In this document: one piece after another, positions 1-12,094 of the stretch
Numbering within the stretch: the stretch's first letter is position 1
How the letters are laid out: each line of letters starts with the position of its first letter
Source of the DNA: Octopus bimaculoides
Taxonomy: Eukaryota
DNA: 64,000 nt
NCBI RefSeq assembly: GCF_001194135.2
Contig: NC_068991.1
Location: 52,640,832-52,704,831 of the forward strand
Reading direction: 5' to 3'
Made by a program: the position numbers and the translations under genes
Notes under the pieces: model-generated
What the model saw: the letters and a program-made list of their open reading frames with translations, nothing else
Told to the model about the DNA's origin: nothing
Databases searched by the model: none

Positions 1-239
1 TTACTACATCCAACTGGTTGGCCAAAACTCACTAACACTCCCTTGCAGAGCAGGCCAAGCACATAACTTACGATACCTAGTATGTGAAAAGCGGTACCCA
101 CTAACTGGGTGGCCTTTACATGCCACTACAACTTTTGCAAGGTTTGTTATGAAAAATAGCAAAATATATCTTTGTGTATCACTCAACCTGCAAGTTCATT
201 CACTTCCAAAATTTTCAGAACCCTTACTGACACACTCTT

Positions 240-512
240 TATCAATTCTGATGTGCTCCAAGGCCATCCACATATAACTTCAACACCTGACATCAAACTT
301 CTGCAATTTTCAGCAGCTGAAACTCTCTAAAACATCCTCTCTAGTTGGGGACAATATGTAATTTAAACCCTTAAAGTCTTGACAAATTGTAAGTCCCCAG
401 TTTCTGATGGTCTTCCATGGTAACTCAATATACTTAGTATAGCTAAAACTGCTCTTACTTCGCAGAACCAGAATATTTGGTTCAGAAATCACTCTGAAGT
501 GGGCAAGTTTCA
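240..512 (-). mobile_element. RTE-clade LINE fragment (endonuclease-RT linker)
   Basis: Degenerate translation related to the same region in the copies at 20640-20760 and 43300-43520. Confidence 0.6.
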
Positions 513-2859
513 TCTACTATAGTCTTGGGCCGACCAGAACCATATGAGTGGATTTCATAGACGGAAACTAAAAGAAGCCCAACATATAGATATGTTTCTT
601 TGTACGTGTGTGCATGTCATTATGTTTGTGTTTTATGCAGCACAACTGTTTGACAACTGATGTTGTTTTGTTTATGAATCCATAATTTAATGGTTCTACA
701 AAGTTCAAATAATGCCAATACAAAATACTGCTTCCAAATCTAGGCCAGTGCTACTATTGCTCTATATATATATATACATACATACATACACACAGCTTTT
801 ACTACATCCAACTGGTTGGCCAAAACTCACTAACACTCAACCACTTCTGTTCTAGCTGGTGACATAGCACTTCAACCCAGGTCTACTTGATATCCCTGTC
901 TCCGTTCTTTGTATCATTTCTACTGTCTCACCTTGCAGCTATTAAACACCAACCACTTAGGCCCAATCTTTCTTTAAATAGTGTGTCAACACTAGAATTG
1001 CTTTCCTGCAGTCATGCATCAGTCTTAGTAATTTCACCATCTGAAAGATCCTGCTAAAGTCAGGTCAGGGCACTTGCTCTTCTGACCAAGCTATAAAAAA
1101 AAGCCCAATATTATTGTCAGACTTCTGTAACTGAGCTTCATTACCCACTGTAAGCTTTAAAAAAAAAAACTCTCTCAGTGACCCACCCTTCAGCCGTCCA
1201 TTATATAAATAGATATACCTATTGATATCAAGTTGATATCTATACTGCGTGGGTCATGTAAAATATACATTATGTAAACTATAAGCTGGTAAAATTCATT
1301 CTTTTTTGGAGAATGAAGTTTGCTGATTTTAGGGCCCTATATTAGGGATTCCTTTGAATGTTTATTACTTCTTATTCTAAATTACTGAGTTGCATTTTAT
1401 TGGAATGAATTCAGACATGGAGTTGACTTTTTCGTGGAGTCTAATATGAAAAGAAGCAATTTTTTATACAAATCTAATTGAAAAATGTGTTGCACTTAAT
1501 GTTTATGATATTTTCCTGCTTTAAGTAATATTTTGTTATCAATCCTGTATTGATAATCATTAATTTAACAGATATTTAGATTAGATTGGTCAGCATCATA
1601 ATTTCTTTACTCACTTTATCAACACCTATTATCTTGGTATCACATCATCTGTATATTAACAAACATCCACCAACAAACATATTAGTTACTGGAAATATCT
1701 GTAATCATCATGGCTAAAAACTGTGCAAGTTGCATTATTAGTTATGTTTCTGTGATAGTTTTCTGCTTTGAATTTTCATCAGTATATTCCTAACATTTTT
1801 TAAAAAATTTATACCTAGTTTTATTTCTCAAATAAACTTAGTCTTGTTTCCTATTTTTTCACCAGTCATTGAATTTTGGCATTTTGTTTTATTTTTAATA
1901 AATTTCAAAGGCTTATAATTGATTACGATTTGGTTTTTGTGATAAATTTATAAATTCTGACAACCTCTATATCATGGAATTCATTTTTTTTTTTTTTCCT
2001 TTGCAAATGAACAACTTTCTAAGACCAGCAGTAAACTTACCAGTCATTATTAAAATCTCGTTTGTTTGATTATTTAACTAAAAAAAAAAAAATATTAAAC
2101 TTTATGACTGTCTGGTCATTAATTCTATCTATTTCAAACACACCAACTTCTGATTTTGCATTATATGTGGTTATTACATCTCTGTTGCTATTATAATACA
2201 TTATCATCAATCAGTGATGATGAGGACCAGTAGATCTATTGGCTTATACAAATAAAATTGTTGATCTTCCATTATAAACCCATTCACATCTAGGATGTTT
2301 TATAGGAATTTAATAATAAGGAAGACCAAACTAGATTTAAACAAAGCAGAAAATAACTTCAAGATTCATCCAATATGTTTAGGACATCAAGAAATAAGTG
2401 TCTTGAAAATATATTTCCTTAATCTCTGCATCAGAAAACAGTGTGTTGATAAATGGACTGCTGTAGAATCACAAGGGACATTATCAATGTCAAAGATCTT
2501 GAAAATAAACAGAATGAATAGTTTTAAAATTTGAAAGATGTAACTTTTGTTTATTATTTGAAATTGTTCGGAGGGTTTTTATTCTCCACATTTTTCTTTA
2601 TTACAGTTCTTTAATTGGTTTGGACTGTTGTGATTGTGTGCAATTACATATGAATATTTCTCAGAGAATTAATAGAAAAAAAAAAAGAAAACTTGAAGGC
2701 CTCAAATTCTTGGAAGATATTACCTTTAAAAACATCAATAAAAAAAGTATGTCTATACACAAAATCAATGTTGAAACATGAATGCAACTGTAATTCCTCT
2801 GGCAAAACAATAATTATAATTCCTACAATCAATCTAGCTGATATTAAACATACAAACAT

Positions 2860-3010
2860 AGCTTTGTAGTAAGAAGTTTGCTTCCCAACCACATGATTCT
2901 GGGTTGAGTCCCACTGTGTGGCATCTTGCGCAAGTGTCTTCTATAGCTTCCAGCTGACCAAAGCCTTGAAAGTGGATTTGGTAGATAGAAAATGGAAGAA
3001 AACCATCATA
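2860..3010 (+). mobile_element. tRNA-derived SINE (Octopus-type; further copies near 515-580, 3728-3878, 10395-10530, 23328-23372, 36855-37000, 45330-45380)
   Basis: Recurrent consensus gtaagaagtttgcttcccaaccacatg..gggttcagtcccactg.gtggcaccttgggcaagtgtcttct..ccaaagccttgtgagtggatttggtaga, present on both strands. Confidence 0.8.
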
Positions 3011-6000
3011 TATGTGTGTGTGTGTTTGTCTCCCATGACTGCTTGACAACTAATGTCAGTATGTTTACATCCCTATAACTTGGTAGTGGGTCAAAAGTGT
3101 CCAATAGAATAAGTACTAGGGTTGATGTGTTCATCTAAAATTCTTTAAGGCAGTTCTCTAGCATGGCTGCAGTCTAATGACTGAATCAAGTAAAATATAA
3201 AAGATACATGATAAACGACCAGAAGTTGAATGGATTACATGTGCTGGTAATTATTTACAAAAAAATGCCATGTAAACTGTGTCTAGCAGGAAACGGATTA
3301 TAATGCACTTTAGGAATTTACCACATAATACCTACTACAGCTCTTTTTAATATGTGTGGAAACATTTGCTGGTTCCTTCTGTTTGCTACACAAATGTATC
3401 TAATTTTTAAAATTTTGAGACAACTCTGTAAAGCTGAAATCAACATTTGTAGTGAATAAAACCTTTGTTTACTTCAAAATATAATTTCATTTAACATCTT
3501 TCATCATTTATCTTTTATTTGTTTGAGTCATTAGACTGTGGCCATGCTGGGGCACTGCCTCAAGGAATTTTTAGTCAAATGAATCTACTCCAATACTATT
3601 TTTTTTTTTTAAAGCCTAGTACTTATTCTATCAGTCTTTTTTGCCAAGCCGCTAAGTTACAGGGATGTGCACAGACCGGCACTAGTTGTCAAATGCTGAT
3701 GATGAACAAACACATATATACAAATATAATGGACTTTTTTAGTTTCCATCTCCCAAATCCACTCACAAGTCTTTAGTCAACCTGTGGTTTTAGAAGACAC
3801 TTGCCCAAGGTGCCATGCATTGGGACTGAACCTGAAACAATGTGGTTTTGGGAAGCAAACTTCTAACCACACAGCCACCCTTTAAAGATAATTACTACTA
3901 GCTATGACATTTACATTCCATATTTAATTTAATTAAAGTTTCTCAATTGTCTCTCCAGGAGTTTTTTTTGGTTTTTTTTTTGTCTAGATTAGTCAATTAA
4001 AAAATGGCTATTCTCATCCCTAAGGGTGTCATTTTAATCAAAGTTTCTCAGTTTACAATATGTTAAGGCAACTTGAAATTTTCAGTTGCAGCTAAATAAT
4101 GTTTAATGTCTTCCATGATTTCAAGGAATATTAAAGCACCCATTACACTCTTGGAGTGGTTGGCATTAGGAAGAGCAACCAGCCATAGAAAATTATGCCA
4201 AGTCAGACTGGAGTCTGGTGCAGCTTTCCAGTGTGCTGGCATGGACAACAGATGTTAAATGATGATAATGATGATGATTAATGAGCTATTTCTGGTGGCA
4301 TCATTAAAGAATTTTATTAACATTTGTTAACCAGAGAATTTGTAGTATTATGTTGCATTAATCATTGCTTTTAGAAAAGATGCATTGCTTGTAGAACTAA
4401 TTATTCAGTTATAGAATAAGAATTATAAAAAAATAGTACAGTCCTACCTGCACTCTTATACACAAGTGAGACAGGCTACTATGAATAGGATAGAACATCG
4501 ATTGACTATGACATTAAGGGACAAGAAAAGATTCATGCTAGGATTAAGATTATGAGAGTACATTCAAAATGAGATAATTTAAGAATGGAGCGGTGACTAA
4601 TGTGATCACAGACAATAGGTGGACCTGCATAGTTGCCAAGTGGTATGCAGAGATTGGAAAAGACCACTTGGTAGCCTCCCACCCCACCCCCAAAAATGGG
4701 AAGGCAGATTTAGTTAAGCAATTTGGGTCAAGATGGAAAAGTATGGTGCAATCAAGACAGAATTGGAAGCGACTAGTTATGTATAACAGCATCTGCTGGT
4801 CTGGTGATAATAAAAATTAGAATATTTAGTTATATAATTATGCATTAGGATTGGCACCCAGCTATAAAAACCATGACAAAGCTTACCAGATTCCATCAAA
4901 CTAGCTAAGCTATGTCAGCATGGAAAACAGGTGCCAAATGATGCTTATTATGATAAATGTTCAAATCAATATTATCTTTCCGTAATGCTGGTTTTTATTT
5001 CTCTCATAGCTAACAATGTTGTTCCTCAATTATGCTAAAATAGCATATTCTGAACATTCTAGGCCAGGTAAAATTTTGTCCACATTCAAATTTGAAACTT
5101 GTAGCAGGAATATGGGCCAAATCCCAGACACCAACTCATTACCTCAGTCTGAATCCTGTGTTCAGATGTGAAAATGAAAATAAACAACAATACAGGATTC
5201 TGTCATGGATTAATGATAACAGCAAACAACTACCTATTCAGGTCTCTCTGGTAGACACATTAAGAAATCTTTTTCATCAGGAGATAGCTGATCAGCAAAA
5301 GCAATAGAACAAACGTGTTCAACATTAGATTCAAATTGTGATAAAACTACATATGGGATTGTCATTAACAGCTTTTCTTTGACACCTTTGGTTATATGTA
5401 GTTGGTGTGCCCAGAGACTAGTTAGTGGCTGTATCACAGCCAAGGTCAATGGCTACAGGAACTTACACTACTCAACTTTGGCAACAGAATTTGATGATGA
5501 TACAGTCGGCCATCATTGCTATCACACACATCACTCATGGACATACAGGAACTGACTCATTTGGTATATTTCTTCTCTGCCCTGCACTGCAAGCAAAAAA
5601 CGTTTTTGTGTTAACAATAATAAGTATTTGGAACTTCTCACAGACTTTTGGTCTTGTGTCAAAAATCAAAATATCTCTTCATTTCAGTGTAATAGAAATT
5701 ATTCTAAACACCCATAAGATATGAACAATTTCCTGTTAACTATAATTCTTATTTCATAACTTTAATCATAGAAGTTAGAATAGGTAAAGATTGATGATGT
5801 AATGGTTACATTCTTATTAGAATTAACTTAAGATGTATGTTTCTCTCATAAAACCATATTTTCAAATATTGGCTCTCATATATATAACTCATGACATCAT
5901 ACACTCTCATGTTACGTCTAATTTCTCTTTGTGTCCTTTATTCATCTCATAGTACTTATTTGCTCAATAAATAAATTTAGAATAATTGCAAGTGCTCAAA

Positions 6001-7216
6001 GATTGTGTTAGAACTTATAAAGTACTATAACAATCTCTTGTAATAATGCTTATTTTTAAAAACCCACTGTGTACAACAATCAAATTTTTTGAAAGGAAAT
6101 GAAACATCTTTATACTTGTTATAAGTAAATTAAATTCACTTTTCTATTTCTTCAAAAACACCCAACAAATATGAAAGGATACTGGAATCAACATATTTTG
6201 ACTGACACTGGATTAGACATATAATTTGGAGAAATGTTTTTATTGATATGTCAGTGGAAAGTAATGTCATGAAGGGTATGAGAAAGAGAAAGGACAAAAA
6301 GTTATTTCAATGCTAAAAATGCCTATCTTGCAGTCAAATCAGTTTTAGTAATTGAAATCTTGAATAATAAAAGAAACTTCAAAATCACATTTTGATTAAA
6401 AAAATCTATTAAAATTAGAATTTTTAAGAATTTTCTAGACAGTGTAGACTTTAATAATTACTTTCTTTTAGTAAAAGTTACTTACTACAATCTAATTAAC
6501 AAACAGCTTTCTTTATTATATAGTATAGATTGATACTATAAAGAGCACAAAAGCAACTTCATCTGCAGTGACTAGCATGAATAAAGGAGCAAAAAGATGT
6601 AATCAATGAAATTTGTGATTCAATGCAAAATGGAAAGATAGTTATTTTTTGATTGAATGGAAAATGTGTTTTACCTTCTCACCAGTTGCAGTTTATAAAA
6701 ATGTACAAATCTGAAGACCAATATGAAATATAATAAAAGAAATGAAAAATCAAAATAAATAAATAAATGACTCAGAAGCTAACCATTTTAAGATAATCTT
6801 TTATACAAACAGTAAACTATTTAAAAACAAACAAATATGAATAAAAGCCTTGGGTAAAATACACGGAAGTTAAGATGTATGAGAATCAATTGCACAGAAA
6901 GTAAAAGCACAAAACAAAGACAAGATTGTTAAATAAGTTATAGTTGCTGTTGCATGAATTTTAACTCAGTAGAAAGTTATTATTGTTTGAGAGTTTTAAT
7001 TCACTATGCAGAACAGTTTCTAAACAGAATAAAGAAAACGCCACTTGCTGTAAATATAATAGAAGTGGACATATTTTCTGTATGTAAGATAACAGCAAAC
7101 TTTACAATACATAAAGAGTTACTCACTTTGAAATCAGTGTATGAATACATGGTGTGAAGATTGTTTTTTGTTGGTTCTTTATCTGAGGTCAAATAAGCCA
7201 TAAGAGATTCATTGCA

Positions 7217-7253
<37 letters not shown>

Positions 7254-7394
7254 TACAGAAAGAGTATCATCCATGGTAGAATCTCAAAAAGTATTTGTTG
7301 CTTTAAAACAAGAAAGAATTGTAGAACGATCAACTGACTCTCTCTTTCTCTCTCACTTTCCCACCTCCCTGTTTCCTTGTCCTATTGGGGTAAC

Positions 7395-8030
7395 CAAGTA
7401 TCTTCTCTGTAGTAAGACAGCTATCCTTGACTTGCTATCATACTTCAACCTCATGCCTGGCACAGAGTTACTTCTCTCAGTTCCTCTCCTTCTCTCAGTT
7501 GAGACATCCTTGTCATGCAAGCCACTCGATGACCCTGCAAGTACCGGTGTCACGTAGAAAGCCACATATAAGGTACCTATGTTAGTGCCACATATAAGGC
7601 ACCTATGCCAGTGCCATGTAAAATGCACCTGTGCCAACGCCATGTAATATGCAGCTGTGTTGGCACCATGTAAAATGCACCCATGCCAGCACCATGCAAA
7701 ATTTACCCATGTTGGTGCCACATAAATTGCACCCATGCTAGCATCATGTAAAATGCACCTGTGCCAGTGCCCATGCCAGCACCATGTAAAGAGCACCTGC
7801 ACAGGCACCACATAAAAAGCACCCATTCCAGTGTCACATAAAAGCTCTCATGCTGGTGCCACAAAAGCACTCATGCTGGTGCCATGCAAAAAGCACACAT
7901 GCTGGCACCATATAAAGTACACTCCGTAAAGTGGTTGGCATTAGGAAGGGCATCCAGCTGTAGAAATCATACCAAAACAGATGACTGGGGCTTGGTGCAG
8001 CCCTCCAGCTTGCCAGTTCTGTCAAACCAT
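7395..8030 (+). mobile_element. SINE / RTE 3-prime-tail-type repeat with an expanded internal minisatellite (related copies near 4130-4280, 37080-37210, 39400-39840, 44000-44080)
   Basis: Many degenerate units of about 20-25 bp (g(c/t)tggtgcca(t/c)(g/a)taaaa(t/a)gcacc) at 7545-7920, followed by the family motif ggttggcattaggaagggcatccagctgtagaaa. Confidence 0.75.
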
Positions 8031-8034
8031 AAAT

Positions 8035-8790
8035 TTTTGAAGGACATCAAAGTGTTACATAATGAATTATTGTAACAAATCTGTGCTTCACTGGTTCAAC
8101 ATATGGCATAAGCTCACAAATTTCTATCTGCTGAAATATGTAGTGAGACTCTTCTTGGATGTCAAAGACCTTCTCATCTTGAAATTTGAGAACGAAGTTC
8201 TTTATGTAATTTGATATTTTTTGCTTGATATCACTAACATAAACAATCTAATTTTGAAATTACAAGGACCAAATAATTTTCTTATCACACTCCTTGCCAC
8301 TATCAGGAGCTTTGAATCAATATTGCAATTGTTTATCAGACAACTAGAAAAACAAAATAATTCATTATACACTTTTCTACCACTAAAAGAACAGAAATCT
8401 GAAGCAATAGTAGAGGCTACTCCTGCATTGTGTTTTAACCTTTAGAATCAATTCCAAAAGTGGCTTCAAGAATTACAATGTCATGAATTAAAACTATGAA
8501 TATTTGAAATTCCTGTCAATGAGATAAGGCCAGATGAAGATCCTAATTTCTGCAACTTGAGTAAATTCATTTTACAAATGTATGATGCCTTGGCACTCAA
8601 ATTTGATAGTTTTATCTAATTTGGAATTCTCTATCACTTACCAATGCAAACAAATTTTCCTGTATTAAACTTAGCCAAGAACCACTTCCCTGTGACACTT
8701 ACAAATAAAAATCTTCCAAATCAATAAAGAATTGTCAGTACCATCTAACAGAGTTTTCTAAAGTAAAGCAGAATTTACTCATTAACATGT
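8035..8790 (+). mobile_element. hAT (SPIN/Charlie, GTF2IRD2-like) transposase remnant
   Basis: Translation FLLDITNINNLILKLQGPNNFLI resembles the conserved AFLxDITxHLNxLNLKLQG motif; heavily decayed. Confidence 0.65.
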
Positions 8791-8865
8791 CAAGTAAGAA
8801 TTTAATTAATAATTAAAATATTATACTGTATCCTATTATAAATAAATATTATTTTATATACCAAT

Positions 8866-9230
8866 GAAGTCAGCTGTTGTGGCTTTCCATATAGATCAGT
8901 GCACTATTTCCTGCAGAAGATAGGTCTGGAATCCAGGCAACTGAAGGAAACAGGCATAGCGGCTGAAACTAGCTCAAGATGGCTATTGTTGATAAGAAAC
9001 CACAAGTGGAACCCTACTCAGGTGAAGCATACAGACTAAGGATTGAAACACTTAAGACCCTGAGATATCTGCTGATGATATGGAAGGATTTCCAGTATTG
9101 CAATGGACTTAAAAGAGCTTGCAAAACCCCTGAGTAGTTGCTGCAATTTCTGTGTGGGTCAAAGCATCTCTGATGTTTATTTCACCTATGACATCTTAGG
9201 TATTTTAATATTTCCATAACATCGCATAAC
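8866..9230 (+). mobile_element. 3-prime end of an R2-superfamily (Hero/NeSL-like) non-LTR retrotransposon
   Basis: EVSCCGFPYRSVHYFLQKIGLESRQLKETGIAAETSSRWL resembles the EVGCRGF...AExxSxWLW C-terminus of restriction-like-endonuclease LINEs. Confidence 0.6.
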
Positions 9231-9232
9231 TA

Positions 9233-10335
9233 CAAGGGTAGGCTCGAAAGTTCCTAGGCTGACTATGAAGGAGTGATGCTAGAGTTGTGAAATCTTGCAT
9301 GCGTTACTTTCAATGCTTCTTATTAATACATTCATTGTTTCTTTCCCAGTAAACTGTCAGCTGACTGTTTAAAGATGACTTTAAAAGTAACTAGTAGTGA
9401 CTTCTCTTGAAAGCAGACAAAACTTAGCATTGTGGTGTTATCAAGTACCTGCAGAAAAAGGGTTTAGCCCCAAAGGACATTGATGCTGACATGGTTGCTA
9501 TGTTAGGAAATGATGCTCCAGCTTTATCAAAAGTGCAAAAGTGGGAAGCTGAATTTAGGACAGGAAGGAGAGTCTTGAAGAGGACCCAGTGTCTGGAAAT
9601 TCTGCAACTGCCACCACCAAGGAAAACATTGATAATTTTTCACCATATGCTGATGGATGACAAGCAACTGTCATAAATCAAATAGCCAATGCTACTAGCA
9701 TATCCCATGAGAACGTTGAGAATATTCTGTCCAATGAATGAAGGTTCTGCTCAGTGGGTGTCATGTCTTCTGACACCTGATCAAAAGTGCACCAGGCTGA
9801 TGATATCACAGGAAAATCTAACATTGTTTGAGGCATATTCAGCTGGCTTCCTTGAGCATTTCCTAACCCAGGATGAGTATTGGGTTGATCACTTTGAGCC
9901 AGAGACAAAGAGACATTCCATGCAATGGAAACACCCCTCCTCACCAGCTCCAAATAAAGCTAAGGCCATTTTATCTGCAGGGAAGGTGATGGCCTTAGTT
10001 TTTTGGGATGCAAAAGGCATTGTGCTTATCAACTATCTTCAAAAGGACCACACCATCAATGGAGAGTACTATACCAATTAGCTAAGGTAATTATGAAAGA
10101 CTATCAAGACTAAACACCCAGGAAACTGATGATGGTAGTGCTGTTTCATCAGGACAATGCTTCAGCTCATAAGTCCTTGGTTTCAATGGCTACTGTGTAT
10201 GACTGGCTTTGAACTGGTTGATCACCCACCATATTCTCCTGATGTGACTCCATCTGACTATCATCTATTCCCTTACATGAAAATTAAAATTGGCTGGGAA
10301 CCAGTATCGCAGTGATGATGACATCATATCTGCTA
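9233..10335 (+). mobile_element. Mariner transposon, decayed
   Basis: TA plus caagggtaggctcgaaagttcc TIR-like start; motifs WV(P)xLLT, TQDEYWVDHFEPETKRHSMQW, FWDAKGI, QDNA and HPPYSPD. The right end is interrupted by a SINE. Confidence 0.88.
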
Positions 10336-11141
10336 TTTGGTAGATGGACTTTGTTGTACATGCGCACTGATGTTGAACATCCAACAGAGCATACTACCTT
10401 CTTTCAGTTTCCATCTACCAAAACCACTCCCAAGGCTTTGGTAGAAGACACTTGCCTAAGGTGCCACGCAGTGGGACTGAACCCAGAACCATGTGGTTGA
10501 GAAGTAAGATTCTTACCACACAGCCATGCAAGCAAATGACTTTAAATGCATTAAAATCTTTATAACAAGATTTTAATGTAAGACAAGATAAGGTAAATTT
10601 GCCATTTCACTTCTTCAGAAAACAGGCTCATACAGAAATGCAAAAAAAAAATTAAATAACTGTGTCAAATGAAAAAGGTTTAGGGGAAAATGGCACAATA
10701 TAAAATTAACCAAACTTGACTAAATAAAAAAAAAAAACTCAGCATAAAAAATTATCTATAGTTTCATCACGATCTGCTGGAGAGTCTCTTTTTGTGATAT
10801 ATCAAAAAGAAGAAATAATTGAAATTAGTCATTACTCATTTTACCCCGTTTTAGACATCTTTTTTTGAAATTTGAAAATTATCAAATTATATATTAGTAT
10901 GGCAAAAATTGACTTGGAATCCAACAGAGAAAAGGATATTAATTGTTAAACACCAAATATTATTCAAATATTTTATTAGCAATTTCAATGATATTGGGTC
11001 AAAGTTGAGGAAAAATTTCTTAAAAAGAAAGTACCTGTCACCTGACAAATTTTCAGACTCTCTAAACTTTAACGACTATGCTTACCAGTTTTTATCCCTA
11101 AAAATGATGCTGCAATACTTGCAATGTAATGATTTCGGTAA

Positions 11142-11358
11142 ATTTTCAGATTAACAGCCGCACGATCTTCACTACAGTGTTAGGGTTAGGGTTTTAGGGT
11201 CAGGGTTAGGATTAGGGTTTAGGGTTATGGTTACGGTTAAGGTTAGGGACGGAATTCCCTAACCCTAACACTAAACCCTAACCCTAAACTCTAACCCTAA
11301 CCCTGACCCTAAAACCCTAACCCCCTAGTGAAAATCGTGCAGGTGTTAATCTGAAAAT
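11142..11358. repeat. Fold-back MITE-like element with an internal (TTAGGG)n / (CCCTAA)n head-to-head array
   Basis: The arms attttcagattaacagccgcacgatcttcacta and tagtgaaaatcgtgcaggtgttaatctgaaaat are imperfect reverse complements and enclose degenerate telomeric hexamers. Confidence 0.8.
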
Positions 11359-11399
11359 CAGAAATTACTCATTTTACCTCGGTTACTAATCCACCCCCA

Positions 11400-12001
11400 C
11401 CCCCCACGGCGTAAATTTTAATAAAAAAATCTTACGTGGACTCCTGAGGGCCATAACGACCCCGATTGAAACCACCAAGCCAACAAACGTACATTCTTGT
11501 ATATTTACTAAGTGATTCTTCTACTACTTTTGGCCAATGTAGTGAAGTTTATGGTTCACTTGATAAAGTGAATAAAATACTACGGCCTTTTCTTTCACCT
11601 TCTTTTCTAATTCACTTTTTTAATACAGCCCGCATCTGTTGCGACATGCTTCTCATTCCAACCCTTCTATATCCGGTTATGTTTACCGAGCTGATATAGA
11701 AATTCACTTGTATTTCTGGAGTGTTAACTATTTACCTTGAGTAGCGACAATTTAAACCACGTATCCCAGGACATGATTTAAAATTCACATCTTTCACGAA
11801 AATAGATTTTATAATCGTTTATATTTACCGTGAAAATTGAATGTTTTCACTATACTTCAATTCGATATATACATATATATATATATATAAAAGAGAAAGA
11901 GGCTAATACTATAAATGTTCTGTTGTTAGCCCTACCTTGATATTCCGTCGTGACCTTAATTTGAGGACTTAATCTCGACTGAACTCGAAGTAGAAGTTAT
12001 A
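11400..12001. promoter_or_regulatory. Putative promoter / 5-prime UTR region of the IL17R-like gene, possibly bidirectional
   Basis: Repeat-free stretch locally enriched in CpG directly upstream of the ATG; a minus-strand donor (GTAAG) at 11431-11435. No TSS can be fixed from sequence alone. Confidence 0.4.
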
Positions 12002-12094
12002 ATGATTTTTGTCCTCATATTTTTGCTTACTACTCTGAATTCTGGTGAAACTACAGACTGTCCAGCATCTGGAAAAGTAACGCCTGATAATCTT
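12002..12094 (+). CDS. IL17R-like exon 1, signal peptide [31 protein letters not shown]
   Basis: ATG followed by a hydrophobic core; donor CTT|GTAAGT at 12095, phase 0; lies downstream of a CpG-richer region. Confidence 0.75.

Noticed and set aside
2295-2534. 79-aa ORF as a coding exon
   Set aside because: No convincing splice sites, no recognisable motif and no phase partner on either strand.
5292-5717. Long + strand frame with one in-frame TGA (QTCSTLDSNCDK..TYRN*LIWY..), considered as a selenoprotein or pseudogene
   Set aside because: No start or splice context, no recognisable domain and no evident SECIS. Compatible with chance or UTR sequence.
11175-11325. True telomere or chromosome-fusion scar (also 59115-59215)
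   Set aside because: The tracts are short and enclosed by element TIRs, so they are better explained as transposon-internal repeats.
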